A stretch of DNA of 61,694 bases, counting the filler, from Sphacelaria rigidula (Eukaryota): assembly GCA_964200075.2 (NCBI GenBank). It is 5 parts of 5 records of this genome, joined end to end, with 100 filler letters (N's around TTAATTAATTAA, not from the genome) between each part and the next. Parts side by side here need not be neighbours in the genome. Positions count along the whole stretch, not along the records: positions 12,363 to 24,622 come from CAXNAA020003951.1; positions 24,723 to 36,980 come from CAXNAA020003952.1; 3 more parts are not named here. The stretch is one strand, 5' to 3'. How positions within the stretch are numbered: the stretch's first letter is position 1; each line of letters starts with the position of its first letter. Below the pieces are notes generated by a model. It was not told the origin of the DNA and searched no databases. It saw nothing but the letters and a program-made list of their open reading frames with translations. The position numbers and the translations under genes were made by a program. Below, in pieces: positions 12,363 through 24,849 of this stretch.

Positions 12363-15329
12363 GGTTTCGTTCGGGCAACTGGGGAAGCTGTGGTGTGAGC
12401 AAGTTTTAGCAGCTTTTAAGCTGGGCCAGCTCGTAGGTGATCAGAACAATCGTGAGCACAATACGGAAGACCTCGAGGGCGGAATTTCAGTTCAAATCCA
12501 GTGAATCGGTCCATCAAGCCAGTGCCGCCAGTACCAAACAAACATGAACTTGCTTCCACCACTCCAGATTCAAGTAACTTTTTCATCAACCAAGTATCAA
12601 GTGTAAGCTCAAGTGACCTGGTTCAGCTATACTCAGTTCAAGCAACTTGCCACAGCTACTATAAATCAAGTGACTTGGTTCACCTACACTCAGTTCAAGT
12701 AACTTGCCCCTCTACTCCACGTTCAAGAAACTCGTTTCGTATGGGAATTAATGTGGGGATAGTTTTATATAGTATTTAGTATATCCCTCCCCCGCCCATC
12801 GAGCGCTGAAAATGAAAACAAGTAAGTGAGGGTCGGGGGCGATTTTTTCCACTACAGTACAGTACTCGGGTAGTTTTCTGGCACAAAATGTATTCATCAA
12901 TACATTGTCTTGCCCATGGCCAAAACCCCCCAAAAGAACCAAAAGTCCATCCATGCTCACCTACCCCGTCCAATCATTTCCAGTTGATGATTTTTATCAG
13001 ATCGATTTTGAAGCCTGATACGTACACCCCCCCAGTGTTTTTGCCGCGACGCGCGCCCGCGGTACCTAACCATATTCCAGATAGCTCAATTCTTAGACCG
13101 CGATGAGGATGAGGATAAGGGTGTTCAATCTTGATCACGAATACTTTTCAAGGGGAATTGATGCTGATTCAGCCTGTGACCTACCTACCCTCGCGATGAA
13201 AGGGTTTATATCGAGATGTCGCATGTCAAACAACGGGCGATGAATCGAGTCTTACATTCTGAAAAATCGACTGATGTTCATTTTATTGATACTCGTACGT
13301 CGAGTAATCCCCGAGGGACTGAGCCGTGTCACAAGACAGACCTACCCAAGGCAAACAAAAGGAAAACGCTCGCCAAGAAAAAGAATAAGGAAAAAACAAA
13401 AAATAACTCGGTCAACATCGTGATGTATCGTGAATCGGTGTTGATCCATACATCAAGCCCCTTTTCAAGCCTGATACGCATCCCCACTCCTTCACGAGAC
13501 TGTGGTTTGAACCGTTGATCATTTCACTACTATCGCGCCTACGACAATGCGGAGGAAAACGGTAACGAGAGGCGTAGTGTTGAGTGTTGTACAACCGTAG
13601 CAGTTGCTGTTGAACAACGACAACGACCACAACCTGACTACGGATAAACACCATGAACATCTAGGCATTATGGCTACACCTACAGCACAGTGCTTGTAAA
13701 ACATTGTGGTCGTGAGGAATACACACGACCCCCGGGTAATGAGTTTTTAGGGTCTGAAAACTTAATACCCGCGGTCGAATTTAGGGGTGGTATACAACGT
13801 ACTCCTGTACAACACGGTGTGAGTGCACAAGTTTTGAAAACCTCATCACCCGCGGGTTACATTCAAGATTGCGAAGGGGGAAGGGGGGGTCACACACAAC
13901 GTATCGGCCGCATCAACCATAAACTACGGTACCGTACTGAGTATGTCCCGCGCTGAAGCTACAAGTACCGAAAGCATTCGAGGTGCATTCATGGATGGAA
14001 ATCTGTAAGCGTACCGTGAACATACTTGAGGTGTAACGGGTGATGTCTCGGACGGTATGCCATCTCCAGGACTAGCCACCATGAGTCGTCTGTCGCGTGT
14101 CCAGCGCTTTCTACTGTAATATGATGGGATCGCATCTCTTTCGTGCAACCATACAACAGCGCAGTGCCTGCAAATGACACTGCATATCCTGCGCCACACG
14201 AAACAACAGCAGGATGTCTATACTCCGCACATGTCCAAATTTGAAATGCCTCGATGAAGCGATGGTGCTGTGAACTACCGGCCGAAGACACATTCTGATC
14301 TTTAATATATGATACACAATGGACAATATTTTCAAATATAAATGTGTCTTGTATTTTGAACCGCAACGATGTGCCCAACGGCCCATTTCATGCGCTTCGG
14401 AAAAACCCAGCGCGTAGTTCAAACCATTGGCCCCTCAATTGTAGAAAACACAGTCACTTCATACTCACCCTTCACTTTCAGAGGCATTTGCCATGGCTCT
14501 CCACCCAGTCTTTTTCCACGATCGTCCGCCCAGCTCCCTCAGCAGCGCTCCTCAGACTTTGCCAGCACACTTTCAATGCAAGGTTGACAATTTGGGGTAT
14601 CAACTTGTCGTCGCCTCGGATTTGATTTTCAAACCTTCATGCGATGTATGCCCCTAAAGTGTACAGTGCTAGGAAATTCTGGAAGATAATACCTTAAAAC
14701 TTCGCCGTTGAAGTCGTAGCCCCTCGTGATCACCTACCGTGGTGTGTTGCTTGTCAACACCCCACGGGTGCAACACAACAGAACAGCAATCGGTAATCCA
14801 ACTACATGTCAAAATACGCATTAATAACCATCTTCTATTACATTTGTTTATATTTTACTCTGTGTTATTCGAATCAGGGTTGATTTTACATACCCGCAGC
14901 CACGGCAGAAACACTCCTGTAAAACAAAATGCATCTCTCACGAATATGAAGGAGATTCCCTGGTTGACTCTTCGACCGTGAAGATAGACAATCTGATCAT
15001 GCAATCATTTTTCAAAAATTGGTGCTGATTCAACAGATCAGGGATTTCAAGGGCCTCGGTGGCAAGCTACTACAGAAAGCGTAGTAGTGGGCCTCATGGA
15101 GGGGCATTTCGGAACAGAAACGATTCATTCACTAATTGAACACTTTTCAGTCTCAATCGTATCCTCTACTCTCAATTTCACGAAAACACTGTTATTTATT
15201 TCTTGTTTGACGGAGGGGAAAACAAGTTTCCGTTACTCTCTGATCCTGAGATATTTGCACTCTGAAATGACAAAAAGAAAAGCGTTTTCCGAATCTCTCC
15301 AATGATGATGAAATTTTCTACTTGGTTAA

Positions 15330-15425
15330 CCCTTAGACGCAAGGATTGGGCATCTATTGAATCGCCATCGATTTCACATGAAAAACTATGCATGATCCCG
15401 ATGGACTACCCTCGCGGTCTATGGG
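15330..15425. mobile_element. ~100-bp piggyBac-type MITE, diverged copy
   Basis: TTAA|CCCTTAGAC ... CGCGGTCTATGGG|TGAA; internal sequence homologous to 41625-41726. Confidence 0.65.
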
Positions 15426-15832
15426 TGAAGGGATTCACGTTTAACATTTATATTTAATGTCATTAACCCTTCTTTTGTGACCGAGGGAGGAGTGGGATAA
15501 TCGGGGGGGGCGGTGAGAGCCATCCGTGAATCGGCATTATTTCCACTTGAAAACGGTGAATGGCGGCCGATTCAAAAATGGCTCCTGCGTGCAAACTAGG
15601 GATTCACCCCCGGTTATTAGTGTTTAGGAGTCCGGTCCCAAAAGGGTTATGGCAGAGTCGGAATACACGCAAAATTCAAGACGACTACGGGCAGATGTTG
15701 ACATACGGGTCTGATACGTCCGATACAGGAAAATATTCAAATTTCAAATAAAGTTACCCTCCTACGTTTCTCTGTGTTCGGCCACCGCACACTTTGGCCG
15801 TCTAGAGACGCTTACCCGGCAGCAGCAAGAAC

Positions 15833-15904
15833 ATGGCGACTATGGTGGACGAGAAAAGCGCATTGTTTACTCTCACGGACGAAAAGAGAGAGCTCGTGGA
15901 TGAG
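15833..15904 (+). CDS. RANGAP: Ran GTPase-activating protein, exon 1
   Basis: ATG in aacATGG context, MATMVDEKSALFTLTDEKRELVDE, then GAG|GTAATA donor. Joins in frame to GRARELV and resembles the F-x-L...RE...rA-x-el segment preceding RanGAP LRRs. Confidence 0.75.
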
Positions 15905-17811
15905 GTAATACTAAGCCGCCTATACAGTTGAACCTGCTCCAAATGGTGCCAACACGCAAACAAGAACAGCAGCTGCACCCGGCTGGCTTCCTACTGCGTG
16001 ACACTGTACTGCACGCGTCTGTACTGTTGCACTGTACTCTATCAGTGTGCCCGCTCTGTTGGGTTACGCTGAAGCACGCAGAACCTGCACCTTTCACGCC
16101 TATGTCGACGCTACTCTCATAGCAGCGTGGTACAGACATATACAAAAGCTTTCGTCTAGAAACCCCTGAGTTGCCAGAAATGATGTGCGTACACACCAGA
16201 CCAACCCATACCTGAAACAGAACAAATACCTCTGACCCAGTTGATGTTTAGAGTGTTGCTAGTACTCCGCACAGTACACCTGCTGTCACGTGCTGCGCTT
16301 CCTCGTGCTGAGGGTGCGTCCCCAGCTCTCTGCGATGAGAGCAGTGTATACCGTTGTTCATAGAGGAATCAAACATAACTATTGCTCCCAAGTTGACGCA
16401 TGCGGTTCCTGCACTCTGTGCACACGGAGTACCCGTGTCCTGGACACTTTGCATCAGGAATCCGAAATGTGCAGGTCACGAGGATGCACACCAGCCCCTG
16501 CTTGCGGAAGAGGTTGCAATGGGGTGCACATCGGTTGCCTCTGACGGTATGGTATGTGCAAGGCTGAGCGTCGGCAAACTGCACAGTTGAAGCATTTGTG
16601 CGGAGGTACTGTACTGCATTCCATCGATCGTGGGATACCGTGTGCCCGTCATATTTATTCTACATGAATCCTCACGTCGTACCTATCGTGCCGCGTCACA
16701 CCACCTATCCATTAACGGCAGAAATTTCCCCTCTGTGAGCGACCATGATTAAAGCTGTAAGTTTGGAATTATAGTGGCGGGGGGGAGGGGACTGCAAAAT
16801 GATCGATACCAGAGAACAGCGCAATACGCTGGCATCAATGAAAGCCAGTCGCACCTGATCTAAGTACTCGGTATTTTCCCGGACTTTTTATAGCTCTCTG
16901 GACAATGGCGGTGCACCAGCCTGACGCCAAGGTTGCGGGCGCCATAGCAACTACGCACCTCTCTGCTGCGTGTGTGTTTCTGGGCTCACTGCAGCAAGAT
17001 GCCACACCTCGTTCGTTGTCAAAGCGTACTCGCAGTCGTTCGTTGTTTGTGTGAGTGTCATATTTCCACCGAGAACGGGTATTTGGAACCCTCCAAAAGC
17101 CCGTGCAACCGTTCTATTTTTTCCGGGTGTAAGTTTTTTTTTCTCGATGGTGCAGCCTGCAATATACAATTTAAAATCGTCCATGCTGGAGGGTGGTGCA
17201 ATCTGTGTGTCGATAGATCGTTGTGAACTCATGAACGATAACGGGAGTTCACGCAATATCACTAATTTCAGCGAGAGGGCTCGGCGGCTTCGTCACACGA
17301 ACAAAGACCTCGACCCCCCCCGCACATCCTCCTCATGTTTATTAGGGGCAACGGAAGGTTTGGTTCATGAGTACTCCACGAATCCCTCGGAGAGGAGCAC
17401 TGAAGGGTCAGGAAAAGTCACCCCTGTGCTCTACCGCGTTTCCTACACTGTGAAAAAGGGCGTAATTCTGTAGAAACGAAATGATCTTCACGGCGATGGT
17501 CAAGCGCAACACATTCCACAAGGCTGTAAAGCACTTCTAAAGCTCGAGCCTGAATTATTTACAGCAAGCGGGCTAACTTGAATATGACCCATTTCTTTGT
17601 AACGATGGCTTGGATGCAACCGCGATATGTGGTGAATGATAACCTCGTCTCCCATACCACTACCCATCCGGCTGTTTGGGGGCAACCTGATTTCTTCGTG
17701 GCCCGTGTTCCTGAGAGAAGTATGCACGAGTCAGCTCCATTGGTTTCGGTCGAATGGAATCGTGCAGTAGATGCTTAACTCACGTTCATCTACTGTACAG
17801 CGACTCCAAGC

Positions 17812-18135
17812 GGGTGCTGCGGGCAGTAAAGTTTGCCCAGTCTTGTTCCTTTCCGATATTATGGAGGCGGTGTTTTTAGGCTTGGGCGTGATTAGAATCC
17901 CCACCTCGCTTGAGATGACGCCGAAACTTGGAGAATGTTTAGATCGGTACGAGAGGAAGGCGTAACAGTCACAGGGTGCTGCGGGCAGTGAAGTTTGCCC
18001 AATCTTGTTCCTTTACGATATTATGGAGGCGGTGTTTTTAGGCTTGGGCGTGAATAGAATCCCCACCTCGCTTGAGATGACGCCGAAACTTGGAGAATGT
18101 TTAGATCGGTACGAGAGGAAGGCGTAACAGTCACA
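17812..18135. repeat. 162-bp tandem duplication (2 near-identical copies) in RanGAP intron 1
   Basis: gggtgctgcgggcagt...gcgtaacagtcaca starts at 17812 and again at 17974, with only a few substitutions. Confidence 0.93.
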
Positions 18136-19920
18136 GCTACAGCAGCGGAAGTCGCTGACTGAGGGCCCGGTCTGCATTGGAACTGTCGATACCACGGACG
18201 CGACGGATTTTTTTTCCCCAACACCCTGCTGTCTGATGATTATAGTGGGTACGATGTCACTTGGGCACGCACGCCGCAACAAGTCCTGCCGGCCTCTTTG
18301 TAACTCTTTTCCGATTTATGGATGAACCCTCGAAGAAACCCAGCAAACGAACATCGAGGGTTGGAAGCTGAACGTTCCCGCCGAAAGCGCTACAAGCGAG
18401 GGTTGAGTCCTGTCGCCCGACCAGTGGGTTATGCCACGGACCCCTGCCGGCGTCAGGGCATGAGGAGCGACATCCCGGTGCAGACGGTTCTACCACTACC
18501 GGGACGGCCGTTCAAACAGTCTAGCAGCTGAAGTGGCGGTTGTAGCGGTGTTCTTCTAGCGATATCAAGTTAGAGTACGGCCGCACAGGGTTTGCACGTG
18601 AATGTTTCGGTGATTGCCCCACTGTCAACTTTAGCCATGCTTTGTGGATTATTTCACGATCTCACGGCCTACCATCTGTGAAATGTTACAAACGACTTGC
18701 GCGCCATAGCGACTGTGTTACCGTAAAGCTTCGCCCAAGATACTAGCATGCATTTTAGCGGCGGAGGTGGCCTTTTACTCCGGCGTGTACCTTGGAGGGC
18801 AAATGTACGCTCAGCTGATACACGGACAGAAACCGGATCATGCATATACTTCGACGTATACTGTATATAAAGTATGATTGAAGACCCGTGCGCGCGGGGT
18901 GGGGCCCGGCATGTAAAGAACCCTGCACAACTTCGCCGTGGGCTACCGGGACAACCTTTTCTCAGTAGCGATGGCTTGCGATGTGTGCTGTGGCGGGCCT
19001 CGTGCGTGGTGCCGCTTTCTGCCACTCCGCACACCGCTCGTGAAGCGAGCTTTTAATGCTGCAAGTGCCCACCCCTCTTTCCGCGATGACCTCCCCTCTT
19101 GGCCCAAGACAAGCGAAACTGCGAAACATGGCTCAGTCTACTGGAAGGTAGATATTCTCCGACACTAATGCCTCCATAATATCGAAAAGGAACAAGACTG
19201 TACCACTTGGTCGATTGAAATTTTTCCCGTAATTTTGTCACTTGATTAAAATGCGAACGCCGACATTTGGATCTTTGATGCGGCTGACAGCCCCACGTGC
19301 TCCCAGCGTGCGCAGGGCGCGTCTTTGTCTATATCGGCGCCTCCCTTTGCCTGGAAAAACACTTTACACCCCCTCTCACCTAAGGGTTCCTGGGTATGCC
19401 TTGGGTTGGCGTCAGGATTAGGGTTAGTGTTGCCTCGAGTTAACATATTTCCGAGAAATTTCTCGTCCGACCAAGTTGGTGAACTGACCTCGCTACGGGA
19501 GTCAAGTGTGCTGCAACTATTGTCACATGAAGTCGAGGTCATCCGCATGCTGTAGAGTGCCGCATGTTGAATGTTGAGCCGCAAGAACACCATCTCCTGC
19601 GGCCGCCCCATCTGTTCGGTGTAGATATGGCAACATGCACTGGTAGGTCCCACGGCCTCCGGCGCCACGCCCGTCCCGAAGCTAACTACTTCATGTGGGA
19701 GTTGCTCCCGTGCTCCGTGTATGTATCTGCGTCCTGATCATGCTTTGTCATATAAGTGCCGGTGGACGGTTCGGGACTTCTTCTGCTCGCCGTGCCACAC
19801 ATACCAAAAACGCTGAAATGTCGAACGTTGGTGCTTCAAGTAGCGACATCGCTGTGAGATATATTACAGTACTGTACATGGTGCGGCTTCGTTCGCCGGG
19901 ATTTCGACTGAAACAAGCAG

Positions 19921-20067
19921 GGCCGGGCTCGAGAACTGGTGGCGGCGGCTCTGGGGGACCGCGACCCGACAGCCATCACGCGCGCGCAGCTGTCGAATAA
20001 AAGCTACACGGTAGAGGCAGCCAAAGTGATTGCCGAGGCTTTGGAAAAGATGACGGCCATCACCGAG
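19921..20067 (+). CDS. RANGAP: RanGAP exon 2
   Basis: aagcAG acceptor, GAG|GTCGG donor, phase 0. GRARELVAAALGDRDPTAITRAQLSNKSYTVEAAKVIAEALEKMTAITE (LRR1, LSNKSY). Confidence 0.88.
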
Positions 20068-20490
20068 GTCGGTACGGGCGGGGGCGAAGGGGAAATAACT
20101 TGGGGGGCTCAGTGCTGTGCGTGTGGCCGCTCTTTCCGTGGTGCATGTTCTGAGGTTGAGGTTTTCATGTGTGTTTTCGACGTCTCGCAAAATCTAGTTG
20201 AATCAAGCCCGCCTTCCCTCCTCACCCTCGATGATATCGAAGCCTCCTTCGCCCCCCTCTCTTCATCCTCTCTTGCTCACTACCGTAAGAATTCAATATC
20301 AAACCAACGCACCAACGGGCACTTCGGTATTATCATCACGACGCTCATGTGTTGCATCACATCGACGGGCTGGATCATGTCACTCCCCGTCCACACCCTC
20401 AAACAAACTAACGTCCCGCCCCCTTCCCCCCCTCCCCATACAGAACATACGATTATAAATGCTATCCCGCCTTACCATTGCTCAAATCAG

Positions 20491-20724
20491 GTGGACTTCA
20501 GCGATATCATCGCCGGTCGATCAAAGGAGATCGGCCTCGAAGTCCTCTCGGCCGTGTGCGGTGGGGTGCGAGATAGAGAGCTGTCGTACGTGGACGTTAG
20601 CGAAAACGCGATGGGGCCTGACGGCGTCAATGCGTGCCGTCCGGCGCTGGTGGGGAAGCGCGGACTTCGCGCTCTCTTCATGTGCAACGACGGGCTCTCG
20701 GAAACGGCGATGGAGGCTGTACGG
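20491..20724 (+). CDS. RANGAP: RanGAP exon 3
   Basis: atcAG acceptor, CGG|GTGAG donor. VDFSDIIAGRSKEIGLEVL...VDVSENAMGPDGVNACRPAL...LFMCNDGLSETAMEAVR contains the RanGAP D-x-SD-x-IAGR and S-x-NA-x-G LRR motifs. Confidence 0.92.
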
Positions 20725-21520
20725 GTGAGCAATCGAGGACACGGGATGCATGGGAATAGGACGTGAGAGAGGGGTGTTATTGAACGTATACCGTTGGTTG
20801 ATATCCGTCGACTTCTTATCTTGACTCCCTGACCTTGTGGGGACAGTTCAAATTGCCGAGTATTCGCCGACCCCAGACTGAGTTTGTAATGGATGGTACC
20901 CCAGGGAAAAGGTGGGGGATGAGGGGGTGCAGGAGGGTAATTGTGATGGCAGATGATACTGGAATCTCTCGATGGTTGACGTCGCACTCTTGCAAGGTGT
21001 CGGACGGAGCGATACATCTAGCGGTCCTTCTGACGGGCATGATAACGCCAACTTCTGTGGTTGTTTCCATGACATGATGTGCGTGGAGGGTGGGACGGGG
21101 AGGGTGAAGGGGAGGGTGGCGGTAATTTCCGTGGCACCTGGGGGGGAACAGGGGAGAGGGGGGCGTGAGACGGCAGGCGGGATCGCGATGCAACATTGTT
21201 GGGCCGGGTCCTAGTGTCCTAGAGATGACGGTTTTCGTTGTTTCCATCAAGTAAGGGCGATTTCCGGTAGCCCTGTTTTTTCAGGATGAGCAGATGAAGG
21301 CGAGGGGTGAAGTAGTTGCACTGCAAATGGATGGGACCCGTGGTATCATTCGGGAAGAAGCGGGCACATTGTGTGCAAGCACGTGATCATTTTTTTTATC
21401 GGTGTTGGTCTTTTCGTTTTTTCTTCCACATTCGAATGGGAATATCTTGCTGACCTTGGCAAGTGGTGGTGCTCGTGTCCTTTATTCCGGTGGATCTTTT
21501 TTATTTTCGAAATCCCACAG

Positions 21521-21613
21521 GATATTTTGCTGACGGACAAGCCGACAGCCTTGCGGACTTTGCACTTCTATAACAACATGAGCGGCGACGGGGGTGCCAA
21601 GGCTTTGGCTGAG
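21521..21613 (+). CDS. RANGAP: RanGAP exon 4 (gene continues beyond the contig)
   Basis: cacAG acceptor, GAG|GTAAG donor. DILLTDKPTALRTLHFYNNMSGDGGAKALAE (LHF-x-NNM-x-GD-x-GA, as in plant-type RanGAP). Confidence 0.92.
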
Positions 21614-24060
21614 GTAAGTTTTTGTTTCTTGAACAGCAAACGAAACACCGATTACACACGAGCGCTGCTGCTGTGCATGCCTGTACCGTACTGTGCTTTG
21701 TACTTGCGTCGCAGCTGTGCTTGAAGCTATTCAATGCCACATCGTCCGTGGAGCATGGCAATTCCTCATGCGTCCAAGTGTGTGGGGACGCGAGGCGTGC
21801 TACTAACTCCCTGAGCGAGGAAGACTGGTCATGATCTAAAGTTGATCCATTTGGAACGACCATTGCTGGCCGTAGCACACGATTTGTTTGGGTCGAAACA
21901 GCTTCCCGTGGAAGGAGGGGGGGGGTGAGAGGGGTGTACTCATGATATTGCATGCCATGGTCAAATGACCGTAGACCTCGCACGCCTACAAAGCCGGGAC
22001 GAAGCACGCCGGGTTTTCGCCGCACTTGCCTCGCAATCAATCACCAAACGCCAAGCACCGTGGTGTGTTCGGTGAGTCGCATGAAGGATGAGCTGCATCC
22101 TGCTAACATTGTTCGGTCCGAAGGGCACTGATTTTCTTGTCATTGACAGCCTACTATGCGTTGCTTTATTTTCTGATATCGCCACTTCCAGAGACAGCCA
22201 CGGCTTTTACACTGCCCAATGGATATGTCACCGATTGAATATCACGTAGTACGATCATCTCATTTGCATGGAGTTAAGGTTCTCCCACCCCGTACAATAT
22301 GATGCACCTCGACTACCATCATGGTTACCGGAAGAAAAAAACAACGCGAGCGCGCAAAAAAAAATCGGTAATCTGGCTGCCTAGCTTCCGCAGTGAGGGG
22401 CATGTGTTACAGCGTCACGGCTTATCAACGCCAACCTCATGGATCGTGACGTGGAAGGAGGGGGGGCGGAGGGGTCATATCCAACTGCCTCATCAATTGG
22501 TGCTGGATGACGATGGTCGAGCTCCAGAAAAAAATGGTCCTTCGTTGAGCACGAACGTTTCCCTCCGATCTTTCCATTCATCTCCGGATACATCCTTTTT
22601 TATCTCTCATGCTTGGGGGCAGTGAAAAAATAGCCGCTCGTTCGAGTCGGAAGGATATATATTTTTCCCATGTTTTGCAGTTACTGACTTCGATTCACCC
22701 ATGAAAAGGAAAGACAAGGGAAATTGACTTGGTGCACGTTCGTGCTCATTTTCGACCAAGCGCCAGCCAGAGCTGCCCTTTTTTACATACCATGTGTTCA
22801 GTGTCCCTCTTGAGGTCAAGTTGGATGAGTGTCGCCAACTGGTGTGAGCAGGAAAACTACACTTGCGGCTTTTCCCTACTCATCCCGTTTCCCCCCCCCC
22901 AGGACTACCGGTCGCTCCAATGGTTCAGCTCAGTTGGTAACCCCCAAAAAACCATGACGGTTGCTTTGGTTGTGGGGTCCATCCTCGGTCTGGAGTCGCA
23001 CCAAATGTTTTTTGTTTCTTCTTAACACCATGCCCCAATTATGACAACAATGAAGAGCGACTGTTTTTTGTGTCAAACGAAATTCGTTTTGACTTCGTAC
23101 GTACCGACAAGGGAAAGGGCCAAGCGAAATTCTTATCGCGATAGCAGGTAAGGCAAGCACCCCGAAAGGGTGTAGGATTCGAAAGCAAAAAAAAAAGTAC
23201 TGTGTGACTCCGACTGCTGATGCGCCCACATATATTCTCTCGAAATCGACTTGTCTTCACAAACTCCTCGTTGGTTCGCACACTACCACCAGACGCCTTG
23301 GCACGCTGGAGGCCTCGTCTGCGTGCATTCTTGGAGACTGCGCGCGTAGCTCAACATTTGTTGTACAACCGCAGCTCGTACGGCACCACGCGGCACAACC
23401 GAAAGTAACCGAGAGTCCAAATTCAACCGTTTTTTGGCTATTTCCGTCGCATATGGTACCCCCAACTCTCTCCATTTCGGTGCTTGACTACAGTTTATTG
23501 TTTCGCTTGACTAGATCTTATCGGGTCGCGGTGCTACATGGATTTGAAGACGCGCGCTGATTTGCAGATGACCACGATGTCTCACAGTAGGCACAACTGG
23601 GGATACATCGTCAGTTAAAACGGGCTGAAGGAAAGTGAGCTTCTTAGGCGGCCCAGCTTGTATGTATTTATAAATATGCACGAAGTATAGGTACGTACAA
23701 GGTCAGCGTTTTTCCAACCGCCGCGGTACATGACGAGTCACACGTTCAACACCTCTCCCTCTCTCCCTCTGTCGTCACGGACTTTTTTCGCGACGGGTGT
23801 TTTCCTCCCGTGTACTGTATGACTATGTTGGACTTCAAAAGGTATTACCCCACTGCCCGGAGCTGTCGGACTTTCGATTTTCTGGAACAAGATCCGGTCG
23901 CGAGGGGTCCGCCGCTGTGGTCAAGGTACAGTACAATCGAGGAACATGGTGCTCATGTCAAGTATGACACCTGTATGTATATAATAGTCGATATTTGCAA
24001 GCTTCGTGTCCTGGGGGGTACAGGTATTTTTGGGAAGTCATCAGTTTCCTTGCAGGACTC

Positions 24061-24328
24061 CGCACGTCGGACAGATCATGATCCGTCTGAAATAACTGAT
24101 CTAGTCAAGGATTTTTTTTTTAGATCTGTTGCTTCAAAACATAGAATATGTGACCGCGGAGTCACAGAAGCCTAAGCGCGACCAACTTCTGCGCCACTCG
24201 GCGTGCTCGGCGTTCGGTGCTGTAGGGAGAAAATATAGAAAAGGGGACCAAAAGACCCGGATCATGATGTAGATCAGTATACTAAGAGGAAGTGATTTTC
24301 TGATGGATCATGATGTGTCCGACGTGTG
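24061..24328. mobile_element. ~270-bp MITE with ~35-bp imperfect TIRs
   Basis: CGCACGTCGGACAGATCATGATCCGTCTGAAA ... TTTCTGATGGATCATGATGTGTCCGACGTGTG; internal GATCATGAT repeats; no clear TSD. Confidence 0.65.
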
Positions 24329-24622
24329 CAAAACTTACAGAACCTGTGGGGTACGGCATGGAGATTGTACGGAAAGTCTTGCTCTCAATCGGGTATTTTC
24401 TGCAGTGGAACATTCAACCGTAGACCTTCAGCACTAGTGTAAGATGTAGACGAAACGCTTATCCTTACCCATGGCGAGTCACCATCGAGTTGATCTGTAT
24501 ATGTGGGCTCGATCGGCAGCTTCGTAGACTTTCTTTTTTGCGAAATAGTTCCGTCGCAATTACCCCCCCCCCCCCCCCCCCCCCCCCACACCCACCCCAC
24601 GCACCCGCGGTACCACACACAG

Positions 24623-24722
24623 NNNNNNNNNNNNNNNNNNNNNNNNNNNNNNNNNNNNNNNNNNNNTTAATTAATTAANNNNNNNNNNNNNNNNNNNNNN
24701 NNNNNNNNNNNNNNNNNNNNNN
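24623..24722. other. Artificial contig spacer
   Basis: Same 100-nt N44-TTAATTAATTAA-N44 structure. Confidence 0.97.
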
Positions 24723-24849
24723 TACCTCAAACATAACTAATATCTTATTCGTACTTCCCCTGTATGTCATGATCCAATGCCAATATCCATCTCCCTTCCA
24801 TCTAGGCAGGTCTACAGTCACAATCCTCGAGCGTAAGTATAATCGATCA

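Noticed and set aside
19818..19853. ATG at 19818 followed by GTGAG as RanGAP exon 1
   Set aside because: The peptide MSNVGASSSDIA has no family resemblance, whereas 15833-15904 does; not strictly excluded as an alternative start
19939..20766. 275-aa ORF as a single-exon protein
   Set aside because: It reads through the 423-nt intron 20068-20490; only the flanking segments match RanGAP and they have clean splice sites
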